Below are positions 56,315 through 64,000 of a DNA stretch of 64,000 nt, in pieces (position 1 is the stretch's first letter; each line of letters begins with the position of its first letter). This stretch comes from a candidate division WOR-3 bacterium (GTDB lineage Bacteria; Hydrothermota; Tepidihabitantia; B3-TA06): NCBI GenBank assembly GCA_016934635.1, contig JAFGSK010000017.1, positions 4,987 through 68,986 of the forward strand, read 5' to 3'. The notes beneath the pieces were generated by a model, which worked only from the letters and a program-made list of their open reading frames with translations, ran no database searches and was not told the DNA's origin. The translations under genes were made by a program, and so were the position numbers.

Positions 56315-56887
56315 TTATGTTCGCTTGTTGAATCTTCCCATATACCTGCGCACGGTCTTCATATACCTTACGTAATCCTCACCGTATTTATCAAAGCAGA
56401 ATCTTTCCTCGGCAAGGATGCTGAAATGAGTCAGAATCATATATAGTACAGTGAATACCAAAAAGACCCACGATGCAGACATCACACCTATGCCGAGGAA
56501 TGCTAGGTAGATACCGATGTATATGGGATGTCTTGATATCCGGTACAGTCCGAGTGTGGCTAGTTCATCCTGCCCCACGGCGGCATAGTTTAACTTGGAT
56601 ACAGTAAAGATAACCAGACCGAGACAATACAGAGGTAGACCTGCCCAGAACCACGGCGTGTACAACTTGAGTGGTACGAAGATAGTGTATAGGAAAACGA
56701 TCAAGCAGATTGGGATAGAGATATATGAGGCGACTTTCAGAGCGCCTTTCAACTTCGGCCAGGTGCGCGCCTTTCTGACCGCTTTCAGGTTAACAAGTGG
56801 GAATACAACTACATTCAAGATCGCAAGCGGTACTACCAGCACCCATGCGTTCCAAAGACCTATCTTGAAGTCAGGAATAAGGCTCAT
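56315..56887 (-). CDS. Isoprenylcysteine carboxyl methyltransferase (ICMT/PEMT) family membrane methyltransferase
   Basis: ...LYRISRHPIYIGIYLAFLGIGVMSASWVFLVFTVLYMILTHFSILAEERFCFDKYGEDYVRYMKTV... Confidence 0.7.
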   Translation of the reverse strand: MSLIPDFKIGLWNAWVLVVPLAILNVVVFPLVNLKAVRKARTWPKLKGALKVASYISIPICLIVFLYTIFVPLKLYTPWFWAGLPLYCLGLVIFTVSKLNYAAVGQDELATLGLYRISRHPIYIGIYLAFLGIGVMSASWVFLVFTVLYMILTHFSILAEERFCFDKYGEDYVRYMKTVRRYMGRFNKRT

Positions 56888-57041
56888 TCCTTCTCTCCTG
56901 TTTTATTACCGATCCTATTGGCTTTTTAGTTTTTTTCCATGGCTGACTTTTTCCATTTTCGATCCTCTACCTTTCACAGCCGACAATCTCTAAGTCACGG
57001 CCTAATGAATGTTATAGCTGCATCTATGATGACAAATATCT

Positions 57042-57470
57042 TCATGACCTAGGTTTTCTTAGCTTAAGGGCTTTGTAAAGCATGCCCGGTGTGTAATCAC
57101 ATGCAATAATAGTCGATTTCTTCAACTGAGCGTATCGATCTAACGTAAGCTCTCCGGTTCCCACCGGCACGTCCAGTATCACCCCTTTTAAATCACCGGA
57201 GATAAAGGAACACACTTTGCCCGCGTAAATATCATCCCGGATCCCCCAGACGATTCTGTTGTATAAAGCGGAGATGAAATTGGCGGAAGTCATATAGGAA
57301 TCGTAGAAATCCGAGGCCTTGTCATAGGACTGACTGATTGGATCAGAACCGGCGGGCAGAAGATCGATTATTCCGTCAACTATAGAGAAACCGAGTCCGG
57401 GTTTGAAAATGTCCTTTAATGATGCCTCTTTGACCGCTACTGTCCCTTTGTTGCTGACGTCCATTTTCAA
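57042..57470 (-). CDS. UbiE/COQ5-like class I methyltransferase, N-terminal portion only (142 aa ending shortly after motif I); start codon overlaps the feoB stop (ATGA)
   Basis: ...YDSYMTSANFISALYNRIVWGIRDD...GVILDVPVGTGELTLDRY... matches the UbiE-type YDxMNxxxSxGxxRxWRR...VLDVAxGTGD region, but the ORF stops about 110 aa short of a full MTase and no continuation exists in other frames. Confidence 0.5.
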   Translation of the reverse strand: MKMDVSNKGTVAVKEASLKDIFKPGLGFSIVDGIIDLLPAGSDPISQSYDKASDFYDSYMTSANFISALYNRIVWGIRDDIYAGKVCSFISGDLKGVILDVPVGTGELTLDRYAQLKKSTIIACDYTPGMLYKALKLRKPRS

Positions 57471-57471
57471 G

Positions 57472-59373
57472 TCAGGGCCAGAGGAAATTTATCGCGGCAC
57501 CGACGATTATTACCGCTAAGAGCATGATGCCGATGGATTTCAGCGCGTCCTTCCATTTGAGTTCTCTGAAGAGAATCACGAGTGTTGCCATGCAGGGAAA
57601 AAACATTGAAAGAACCACGCTGCCCACGACCAGTTGTTTGGTTGTAAGGCTTAAAGGCGCGAACATACCGATGGCCACGTCCTTACGCAGCATCCCGACC
57701 AGCAGAGGTACGATGGCGTCTTCGGGCAGTCCCCATAGGAAGCTTACCACAGGGGCTGTGGTTTTGGCTAGATAGGAGAAAACGTTGAACTGGTACAGGA
57801 GGTTGACCACAAGCACGGCTCCCAGCACCACGGGCAATGCCTCCTTCAGGAAACCAACCGTGCGCATCCATAACTTTGAACCGAGGGCTTTCCACGAAGG
57901 AAGCCGGTAGGGGGGAATCTCGATCAACAACTCCGGTCTAAAGCCCCTGGAAGTGAACCTGAGAATAAGACCGATAAGAATCCACACGGCAAACAGGATG
58001 CCGTAAACGAGCATAACCGGCCACACACCCCGGTCACCTACCAGCCCGATGATCATGGCCTGCAGGGCAGCACAGGGCACGGCAATAGAGATCAACGTAG
58101 CGGTAATAAACCTCTGTCTTCGAGTTTCCAGTATCCTCGTAGCCATTATCCCGGGAACGTTGCATCCGAGACCCAATAGCGTCGGGATAATCGCGTAACC
58201 ATGCAGGCCTATACGGTGCATGATATTGTCTAAAAACACCGCCAGTCTGGGCAAATAACCGGTGTCCTCGAGGATTGACAGCACAAAGTAGAAACTCACT
58301 ATGTAAGGCAGAACCGCGCCAAGCGGGATAAATAGACCTGAGGTCAGTATGCCGAAAGACTGCATGAAATCGATCTCTCCCCCGATCAACTGCCCGATTA
58401 AAAGGTTATGCAGGAAGGTTCCTTCTCCAAGCAACCCGGAAAGCTTCATCATCACAGGCTTCCAAGCTACATCGAACAGGGCCTCGGTTCCGAAAGGTAC
58501 CTTAACCCAAGGCTCTCCAATGATTCCTATGCCGCCCCCGATCAGGAACTCACCGATCATTCGTATAAGTATAAAGGACAGAGCCAGGACCAGGATGGCA
58601 AATAATCCTCCCCAGATGGGGTGAACACTCACATCCTCAAGCCACTCGCCGAAGGTATGGTGGTGATGATGAAGGATCTGCACTTCGTCCACTATCTTGC
58701 CGACACGACACCATACCTTGTCTTCGGCAAGATGCTTATGCCCTTTTGCCTGGCTTCTGCCGTGATGACGGGCTATGTGGGGATGATGCCCTGGATGACC
58801 GGCCTCGTTCCCGTAAGCAAGTTCTTCTTCAACGTCCAGAGCCAGAGTAGCCAGGATTAACCTTTTTACACCCTCGCCTGTACGAGCCACCGTTGATATT
58901 ACCGGTACGCCCAGACGCCTGGCAAGCTTCTTCACATCGATCTCAATCCCTTTGTGCCGCGCCTCATCACCCATATTCAAAGCCACAACCATGGGCTTTC
59001 CCTGAGCCAAAAGCTCCATGGTCAAAGTCAGGTGACGCTCAAGATGGGTGGCATCTACAACATTGATTATTCGTTTCGCGTCGTCGATGAGATCAACGGC
59101 AACGCGGGCTGCATCGTCGAGTGGTTCGAGTGAATAAGTGCCTGGAGCGTCAACCAAATCGTAGGTATCTTTGGCAAACATCATCTTGCCCGTAGCATAG
59201 CCTACCGTGGTTCCCGGATAGTTGGAGGCGATGGTGCGAACACCGGTCAGGCGTGAAAAAAGAACGCTCTTACCTACGTTGGGTTGCCCCACAAGCAGTA
59301 TATCGGAAACTACGTGTCTTCGCCTGCTCCTCCTCGATTGTGTCCTGTGCGTCCTGGACCTGCCCCTGTGCAC
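57472..59373 (-). CDS. feoB: Ferrous iron transport protein B, with a His-rich insertion between the G-domain region and the membrane domain
   Basis: ...DILLVGQPNVGKSVLFSRLTG...NYPGTTV... (G1-G3 motifs); multi-pass permease domain; insert ...GHPGHHPHIARHHGRSQAKGHKH...QILHHHHHTFGEW... Confidence 0.9.
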   Translation of the reverse strand: MHRGRSRTHRTQSRRSRRRHVVSDILLVGQPNVGKSVLFSRLTGVRTIASNYPGTTVGYATGKMMFAKDTYDLVDAPGTYSLEPLDDAARVAVDLIDDAKRIINVVDATHLERHLTLTMELLAQGKPMVVALNMGDEARHKGIEIDVKKLARRLGVPVISTVARTGEGVKRLILATLALDVEEELAYGNEAGHPGHHPHIARHHGRSQAKGHKHLAEDKVWCRVGKIVDEVQILHHHHHTFGEWLEDVSVHPIWGGLFAILVLALSFILIRMIGEFLIGGGIGIIGEPWVKVPFGTEALFDVAWKPVMMKLSGLLGEGTFLHNLLIGQLIGGEIDFMQSFGILTSGLFIPLGAVLPYIVSFYFVLSILEDTGYLPRLAVFLDNIMHRIGLHGYAIIPTLLGLGCNVPGIMATRILETRRQRFITATLISIAVPCAALQAMIIGLVGDRGVWPVMLVYGILFAVWILIGLILRFTSRGFRPELLIEIPPYRLPSWKALGSKLWMRTVGFLKEALPVVLGAVLVVNLLYQFNVFSYLAKTTAPVVSFLWGLPEDAIVPLLVGMLRKDVAIGMFAPLSLTTKQLVVGSVVLSMFFPCMATLVILFRELKWKDALKSIGIMLLAVIIVGAAINFLWP

Positions 59374-59378
59374 CGAAG

Positions 59379-59627
59379 TTATCCCTTAAATCCGTGATTA
59401 GTTCTTACTATTATCTTTCTGGCCATCCCCCTTCCGATGGCTATCTGAGCACGGTTGATTAAAACCACTATCGGTCCTCCCCAGCCTACACGGGATATCT
59501 TTCTTACTATCTGGCCTTCAGCCAATCCTAAGGCTCTCAGTCGCGCTCTAAAGCCGCGTCCACCTTGAAGGTCCACGATCTCACCCTCCTCACCAACTGA
59601 AAGGTCAAGCAATGATTTCTCATTCAT
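59379..59627 (-). CDS. feoA: FeoA family protein
   Basis: MNEKSLLDLSVGEEGEIVDLQGGRGFRARLRALGLAEGQIVRKISR... SH3-like FeoA; the ORF extends to 59666, but that would overlap dtxR. Confidence 0.75.
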   Translation of the reverse strand: MNEKSLLDLSVGEEGEIVDLQGGRGFRARLRALGLAEGQIVRKISRVGWGGPIVVLINRAQIAIGRGMARKIIVRTNHGFKG

Positions 59628-60054
59628 CTGTAAGCACCCTTTCCAGCTCTTCATCGAATTCCTCATTTTCCTTCAGCTTTCGCGTAAGAAAATCCAGAAA
59701 CTTGGTGAACTTCATGAGGGTTAAATCGTCGAAGTGATGTTCGATACCACATGCGTTCGCCTCTGAGGTTTCAGGTGGCAATCCAAGTATCTCAGAGAAA
59801 AACCGGTAAAGCACGCGGTGTCTGCCGTAAACATTCTCCGCCTCCTTGCGTCCCTTGGGAGTCAGCTCGATATATCCGTATGATTCATGTTCGACCAAGC
59901 CCATACGAGTCAACTCTTTTACTGCAGCATGAGCGCTTGGACTGGAAACGTCCAATTTCTCGGCGATGTGTTTGGTTCTCACGAAGCGATGCTCTTTTTC
60001 GCATATAAGTATCGCTTCGAGATAATCTTCAAGACCCTCTGTTAAGCCGGCCAT
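59620..60054 (-). CDS. DtxR/MntR-family metal-dependent transcriptional repressor
   Basis: MAGLTEGLEDYLEAILICEKEHRFVRTKHIAEKLDVSSPSAHAAVKELTRMGLVE... HTH plus metal-binding/dimerisation region. Confidence 0.85.
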   Translation of the reverse strand: MAGLTEGLEDYLEAILICEKEHRFVRTKHIAEKLDVSSPSAHAAVKELTRMGLVEHESYGYIELTPKGRKEAENVYGRHRVLYRFFSEILGLPPETSEANACGIEHHFDDLTLMKFTKFLDFLTRKLKENEEFDEELERVLTDE

Positions 60055-60069
60055 CTTAGTCTCCTTTAA

Positions 60070-60115
60070 TAAAGTTAGGCTTAGCTAATTATAGGACGAT
60101 TGTCCGGTTTGTCAA
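60070..60115 (-). promoter_or_regulatory. Consensus sigma70 promoter (TTGACA-N16-TATAAT on the minus strand) immediately followed by a 19-bp iron-box-like palindrome (minus strand TTAGCTAAGCCTAACTTTA, core TTAGCTAA) upstream of dtxR-feoAB
   Basis: Minus-strand reading: aggtcTTGACAaaccggacaatcgtccTATAATTAGCTAAGCCTAACTTTAttaaaggagactaagATG; about 14/19 matches to the DtxR/IdeR consensus TTAGGTTAGGCTAACCTAA. Confidence 0.45.
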
Positions 60116-60180
60116 GACCTTTAAGTTGAAGTATTACCAAGGGAGAGACGGACATCCTCGTCCGCCCGAATGCGGTCTTT

Positions 60181-60243
60181 TGAACCTCCGGTTCGCAAGC
60201 GTGAACCTCCGGTTCGCAAGCGTGAACCTCCGGTTCGCAAACG
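60181..60243. repeat. Three tandem 21-bp repeats (tgaacctccggttcgcaagcg x3, the last with one mismatch), each containing a GAACC-NNN-GGTTC hairpin; located just 3' of tRNA-Ala
   Basis: Unit boundaries 60181-60201, 60202-60222, 60223-60243. Confidence 0.75.
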
Positions 60244-60329
60244 TTGCAGTAGGAAAAAGGAGCACGATTTCGGGGTCCCCACAGAGATGCGCTAATTTAG
60301 CTAGAACCGCGCTACTTCGTATGGTGAAG

Positions 60330-60402
60330 TGGAGACGAGCGGACTCGAACCGCCGACCCCCTGCTTGCAAAGCAGGTGCTCTCCCAGCTGAGCTACGTCC
60401 CC
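60330..60402 (-). tRNA. tRNA-Ala (anticodon UGC); 73 nt; G3:U70 identity pair; CCA not encoded
   Basis: Reverse complement GGGGACGTAGCTCAGCTGGGAGAGCACCTGCTTTGCAAGCAGGGGGTCGGCGGTTCGAGTCCGCTCGTCTCCA. Confidence 0.9.
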
Positions 60403-60621
60403 GGATAATACGAAATTATAAGGAGCGGATATCAAGTGTCAACCGATCCTGCATGATTGTTTTGTTTTTGTGCAAATGTGGAACAGGTTTTCTAACCTGT
60501 TCAAACTTGTGAAAGATTAAATGAAACACAGAGTTGAGAGTTTCTTCGATTCATGCTACATAAGCAGGACTGTTGGCTTATTTCTTCTCTTCATGACGCG
60601 AAGCGGCGCAGCCAACCACCC

Positions 60622-60906
60622 CTACCTCACTACCACAACCTTCCTAGCGAGCGTCGTGCCTGACGCCTCAAGCCGCACAATATACACCCCTGAGGGTAGC
60701 TCGGTGCTAAAGGTGGCCGACCCATACCCCCGCACTTGCTTCGCGTCCACCCGCCTGCCCGATAGATCGAACAGGGTCAGGGCACCTGTGTGGCCATTCG
60801 GCAGAGAGTAGGAAACTTGGAGAGGCGTTGTCAAGGACGGTTTCACCTCAAGGGTGAGGAGTTGGGTATGAATAAAACCTGGATGATTATTGTATACATT
60901 TGACAT
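60622..60906 (-). CDS. Stand-alone T9SS C-terminal sorting domain ORF (94 aa, no signal peptide), probably a remnant of a decayed cargo gene
   Basis: ...VSYSLPNGHTGALTLFDLSGRRVDAKQVRGYGSATFSTELPSGVYIVRLEASGTTLARKVVVVR matches the Por_Secre_tail pattern; its N-terminus overlaps the yajC upstream region. Confidence 0.45.
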   Translation of the reverse strand: MSNVYNNHPGFIHTQLLTLEVKPSLTTPLQVSYSLPNGHTGALTLFDLSGRRVDAKQVRGYGSATFSTELPSGVYIVRLEASGTTLARKVVVVR

Positions 60907-60954
60907 AGCTAAACCGGTGAGTAGAATAGAGGTTCAATTGAAATCGGAGGCATA

Positions 60955-61398
60955 ATGATTTTCAAACTTGCATTGGTGTGTTTACTACTGGGGCAGGCTT
61001 CACCTACAGGGGAGGCAGAACCGGTCAAGCAACCGGAAACAACAACCATTGAGACGGCAGAGTCCACCGGGATTGAGCCTGTGCTTGAGGCTACAGACAG
61101 CGCCGGAATGCCGGCCGATACAACAGCCGTGGCACAAAAACCCAAGCGCCCATGGATCACCTGGGTTATCCTTCTAGGTGTACTGGTAGTTTTCTATCTC
61201 TTGATGATCCTGCCTCAAAGAAGAAAACAGAAGAAACACCAGGAGATGTTAAAGTCCCTTAACCGGGGAGACAGGATTGTAACCAACGGGGGTATCGTCG
61301 GGACCATCGCCAGGGTGAAAGAGGATACTTTTATCATCAAGTCAGGAGATAAAACGGAAATAGAGATAGATAAATCCGTTGTCTCACAAAAGAAGTAA
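60955..61398 (+). CDS. yajC: Preprotein translocase subunit YajC with a ~60-aa Thr/Glu/Pro/Ala-rich N-terminal extension
   Basis: ...WITWVILLGVLVVFYLLMILPQRRKQKKHQEMLKSLNRGDRIVTNGGIVGTIARVKEDTFIIKSGDKTEIEI... Confidence 0.75.
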   Translation: MIFKLALVCLLLGQASPTGEAEPVKQPETTTIETAESTGIEPVLEATDSAGMPADTTAVAQKPKRPWITWVILLGVLVVFYLLMILPQRRKQKKHQEMLKSLNRGDRIVTNGGIVGTIARVKEDTFIIKSGDKTEIEIDKSVVSQKK

Positions 61399-62350
61399 TC
61401 TAAGCGACTCATGTAAATTGAGAATTCTCTACTTCGGCACCGCCGCGATTGGTATCCCCCTTTTGCGGCGGTGCGATACTTTATGGGATGTGGTTGGAGT
61501 CGTCACGGCTCCGGATAAGCCCTGGGGAAGGGGAAAGCGTCTTAAGCCTTCGCCGGTAAAGGAGGTAGGTTTAGGACTGGGACTTGAGGTTTACGAACCA
61601 GGGGACGTGAATGCCTCAGAATCCCTGGACTGGTGCTGTGAAAAGAAACCGGATGCGTTCGTGCTGTTCGCTTACGCTCAGATACTGTCTCGAGAACTTC
61701 TCAGTGTGCCTCGCTGGGCAATAAACGTGCATCCCTCTCTTTTGCCCCGCTACCGAGGTGCGGCCCCGTTGCAGAGGGCGTTAATGGCAGGTGATTCAGA
61801 AACCGGTATTTCGATCATTCAGATGGAGGCAAGAGTTGACGCCGGTGGAATTCTGATGCAGGAGACTTTACCTATAGAATCTGATGATACATACGGTGAC
61901 CTTGCCGAACACATAAGCCGAGCAGCCCCTTACCTTATAGAATGTTCTCTCAAAGGTCTAAAGGAGGGAACCCTTACGCCTAAGCCTCAGTCAATTGAGG
62001 GGATAACAAGTGCCCCGAAGATCGGCAAGAAAGAACGCACCATCAACTGGGAAAAACCTGCAGGAAAAGTGCACGATCTGATCCGCGCCCTCTCACCTGA
62101 ACCTCTGGCCTACACCTGGTTTCGTAATAAGAGACTCGATATCGTAAGAGCAAGGATTGCAGATCTACAAGGAAGCGGTATACCCGGCACCCTGGTTTCT
62201 GTTGAAAAAAGACTAATGACTCAGTGCGGCACAGGATTCGTGGAACTCCTGGAAATTAAACCGGAAGGGAAGAGAAAGATGGAGGCTCGTGCATTCGTGA
62301 ACGGTTACCGTCCCACCTCTCAGGATGTGCTTGGCAGAAATATCCCTTAA
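61379..62350 (+). CDS. fmt: Methionyl-tRNA formyltransferase
   Basis: ...LRILYFGTAAIG...; ...INVHPSLLPRYRGAAPLQRALMAGDSETG... (formyl-transferase SLLP motif); start uncertain (ATG 61379 overlaps yajC; alternative TTG ~61418). Confidence 0.85.
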   Translation: MSHKRSNLSDSCKLRILYFGTAAIGIPLLRRCDTLWDVVGVVTAPDKPWGRGKRLKPSPVKEVGLGLGLEVYEPGDVNASESLDWCCEKKPDAFVLFAYAQILSRELLSVPRWAINVHPSLLPRYRGAAPLQRALMAGDSETGISIIQMEARVDAGGILMQETLPIESDDTYGDLAEHISRAAPYLIECSLKGLKEGTLTPKPQSIEGITSAPKIGKKERTINWEKPAGKVHDLIRALSPEPLAYTWFRNKRLDIVRARIADLQGSGIPGTLVSVEKRLMTQCGTGFVELLEIKPEGKRKMEARAFVNGYRPTSQDVLGRNIP

Positions 62351-62419
62351 CTGAAAAGTAGCTATTTTTTTTAGATTCAACCCGTTGACTTTCCCGGCTG
62401 ACTCTGCATAATTCAGTTA

Positions 62420-62911
62420 ATGTACAAGAATATCCCCAAGCGAGTATTGTTATTCCTGATAGGTTTTACGTACTGTGGATGCTGCGGTTACTCCACACGT
62501 TCGCTTCTTCCCACATATATAAAAACCATCAATATCGCCGAGGTTAAGAACCGGACATTACACCCTCTTCTAGCCGAGGATCTCAACGACCGGCTGGTGA
62601 CGGCATTTACACGTGACGGACGCCTTCGCGTTTCGCCCGACCCCTCAGCCGACCTTGTTCTAATCATAGAAATCACCGGGTACAAACGATCTGCGGCAGT
62701 ATATGACGATTCTCACAACGTCTCGGAGTGGAGGTACGAACTTCGCTACAGCGGCAATTGCACCGACCAGTTAAAAAACAATGTACTGTGGGAAGGCACA
62801 CAGCAGGTATTCGAGGTAATCGACGCGGATGTGGATGAAGAGGATGGCATTGAACAACTTTTAAAGAGTGCCGCCGATTTGATAGTGCAGAACATTCTGG
62901 TTGCATGGTAG
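62420..62911 (+). CDS. Putative lipoprotein, possibly LptE-like (LPS assembly), low confidence
   Basis: N-terminal hydrophobic segment with a Cys cluster (LIGFTYCGCCGYS); size and position between fmt and an rRNA methyltransferase; no firm motif. Confidence 0.4.
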   Translation: MYKNIPKRVLLFLIGFTYCGCCGYSTRSLLPTYIKTINIAEVKNRTLHPLLAEDLNDRLVTAFTRDGRLRVSPDPSADLVLIIEITGYKRSAAVYDDSHNVSEWRYELRYSGNCTDQLKNNVLWEGTQQVFEVIDADVDEEDGIEQLLKSAADLIVQNILVAW

Positions 62912-64000
62912 CCGGGAACCTCAGGATAACGGTAGAGAAGGTGGTTGCCGGCGGTGACGGTCTTACTCACCTACCGGATGGAAGAGTTCTATTTGTGCCT
63001 TTCTCATTACCAGGTGAGCGCCTGGACGTGAGTATAGTTAAACAGAAGAAAGACTATGCGGTTGGAAGAATCGAAGGCATAGTTGAAGAGGCTGCAAATC
63101 GGGTAGAACCGTCTTGCCCCTATTATACGGAATGCGGGGGATGTCAGTTGCAGCATGTAACGTACGAAGGAGAAATCGAAATAAAGAAATCGTTCCTCAA
63201 AGAGACACTCGTGAGACACGCCAAGGTACAGATAGAACCGGAGGCGGTTTACCCTTCTGCCTGCCAGTGGGGATACAGAACCAAGAGCGAACACCCAGCA
63301 GCTCCTCACGACCCGAATCCCTTAATCGGGTATTATCGGCGCCGCACACACAAGGTCGTAGATGTACATCATTGTCCGGTTCTTGACCCCGAATCCGTAG
63401 CAGATCTTGATAAACTGCGTGAGCTTCTTGGCAGAACAACCGAGTCTATATACGATGAACGAACCGGGACGGGTAATCTGCGCTACGTTATCTTGAGACG
63501 TTCAAGCGATGGAAACAGGATGATTGGATTGGTTACATTCACCGAAGGGCTTACCGGTCCTACCGTGGTGGAACTAGTTAAAGATTTCAGCAACCTTTCA
63601 GGTATCGTACAGAGCATAAACCCTTACAAAGGAAACCGCATCCTGGGTGATGAAAACCAGATAATAAGCGGCCAGGACCATCTTTCAGAACAGATCGGGA
63701 ATTTGGAATTGCGTGTATCTTTCCCCTCATTCTTCCAGGCCAATCATCTTCAGGCTGAACGGATAGTGAATGTTGTGGAAGATTTCTTAAAACCTCAATC
63801 GGAAGATGTACTCGTCGACGCCTACGCAGGTGTAGGGATGATCGGTCTGGCACTATCCTCGAAAGTGAAAGGGCTTACGGCGATAGAGTCTTCACCGTCA
63901 GCTGTAGCCGACGGCAAACGAAATGCCGAGAGGAACTCACGTGAAAACGTGAAGTGGCTTCAGGGCCAGGCAGATGATTTATTAACGGAGTTGCCATGCG
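62905..64000 (+). CDS. rlmD: 23S rRNA (uracil-C5)-methyltransferase RlmD/RumA-like (TRAM domain + 4Fe-4S Cys cluster + class I MTase); 3' end lies outside the window
   Basis: Frame-1 translation MVAGNLRITVEKVVAGGDGLTHLPDGRVLFVPFSLPGERLDVSIV... (TRAM), ...CPYYTECGGCQLQH... (Fe-S Cys cluster), ...VDAYAGVGMIGLAL... (SAM motif I); open to the window end. Confidence 0.8.
   Translation, partial: MVAGNLRITVEKVVAGGDGLTHLPDGRVLFVPFSLPGERLDVSIVKQKKDYAVGRIEGIVEEAANRVEPSCPYYTECGGCQLQHVTYEGEIEIKKSFLKETLVRHAKVQIEPEAVYPSACQWGYRTKSEHPAAPHDPNPLIGYYRRRTHKVVDVHHCPVLDPESVADLDKLRELLGRTTESIYDERTGTGNLRYVILRRSSDGNRMIGLVTFTEGLTGPTVVELVKDFSNLSGIVQSINPYKGNRILGDENQIISGQDHLSEQIGNLELRVSFPSFFQANHLQAERIVNVVEDFLKPQSEDVLVDAYAGVGMIGLALSSKVKGLTAIESSPSAVADGKRNAERNSRENVKWLQGQADDLLTELPC

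Noticed and set aside
60134-60370. 78-aa minus-strand ORF containing 'FESARLH' and 'FTLANRR' repeats
   Set aside because: It is the translation of tRNA-Ala plus the three 21-bp tandem repeats. 'FESARLH' is the classic tRNA read-through artefact.
1-64000. CRISPR arrays, transposases, integrases, phage genes, rRNA
   Set aside because: The only tandem repeats are the 21-bp tRNA-adjacent hairpins, the GCTTTTGT tract and the protein-coding repeats. There are no regularly spaced direct repeats with spacers. No DDE-transposase, integrase or phage hallmark motifs were seen in any long ORF.

Overview
This is a 64-kb segment of a bacterial chromosome with about 52% GC. The most notable feature is a tandem array of eight small (~190-aa) paralogous genes whose C-termini look like V4R-type (BchJ/XylR-like) small-molecule-binding domains. 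Housekeeping genes read from the sequence include the 3' part of a clpC/clpB-family ATPase gene, bamA, cysS, deoC, carbamate kinase, lexA, hslU, an S9 peptidase, ornithine aminotransferase, tyrS, the rpsF-ssb-rpsR-rplI block, ychF, pth, rplY, prs, ispE, rmlD, dtxR-feoAB, yajC, fmt and the 5' part of an rlmD-like gene, plus tRNA-Gln and tRNA-Ala. Eleven genes, plus one decayed remnant, end in a type IX secretion (T9SS) C-terminal sorting domain, which suggests an organism of the Fibrobacteres-Chlorobi-Bacteroidetes (FCB) superphylum or an allied candidate phylum. They fall into three families: BNR/Asp-box proteins, beta-propeller-repeat proteins and an unknown family. The eight-gene V4R-like array (31.9-36.7 kb) is transcribed divergently from a LonC-type Lon-like protease and is flanked by inverted beta-propeller T9SS cargo paralogs. 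Other notable items are an N4/N6 DNA methyltransferase whose downstream Mrr-like nuclease domain is separated from it by a single in-frame TAA, and a 0.9-kb non-coding region containing paired 49-bp repeats. A LexA operator overlaps a consensus promoter, and a dtxR-feoAB operon has a consensus promoter plus an iron-box-like palindrome. The FeoB has a His-rich insert. tRNA-Ala is followed by three tandem 21-bp hairpin repeats. Several fragments of decayed T9SS cargo genes are also present. I found no CRISPR array, transposase, integrase or rRNA.
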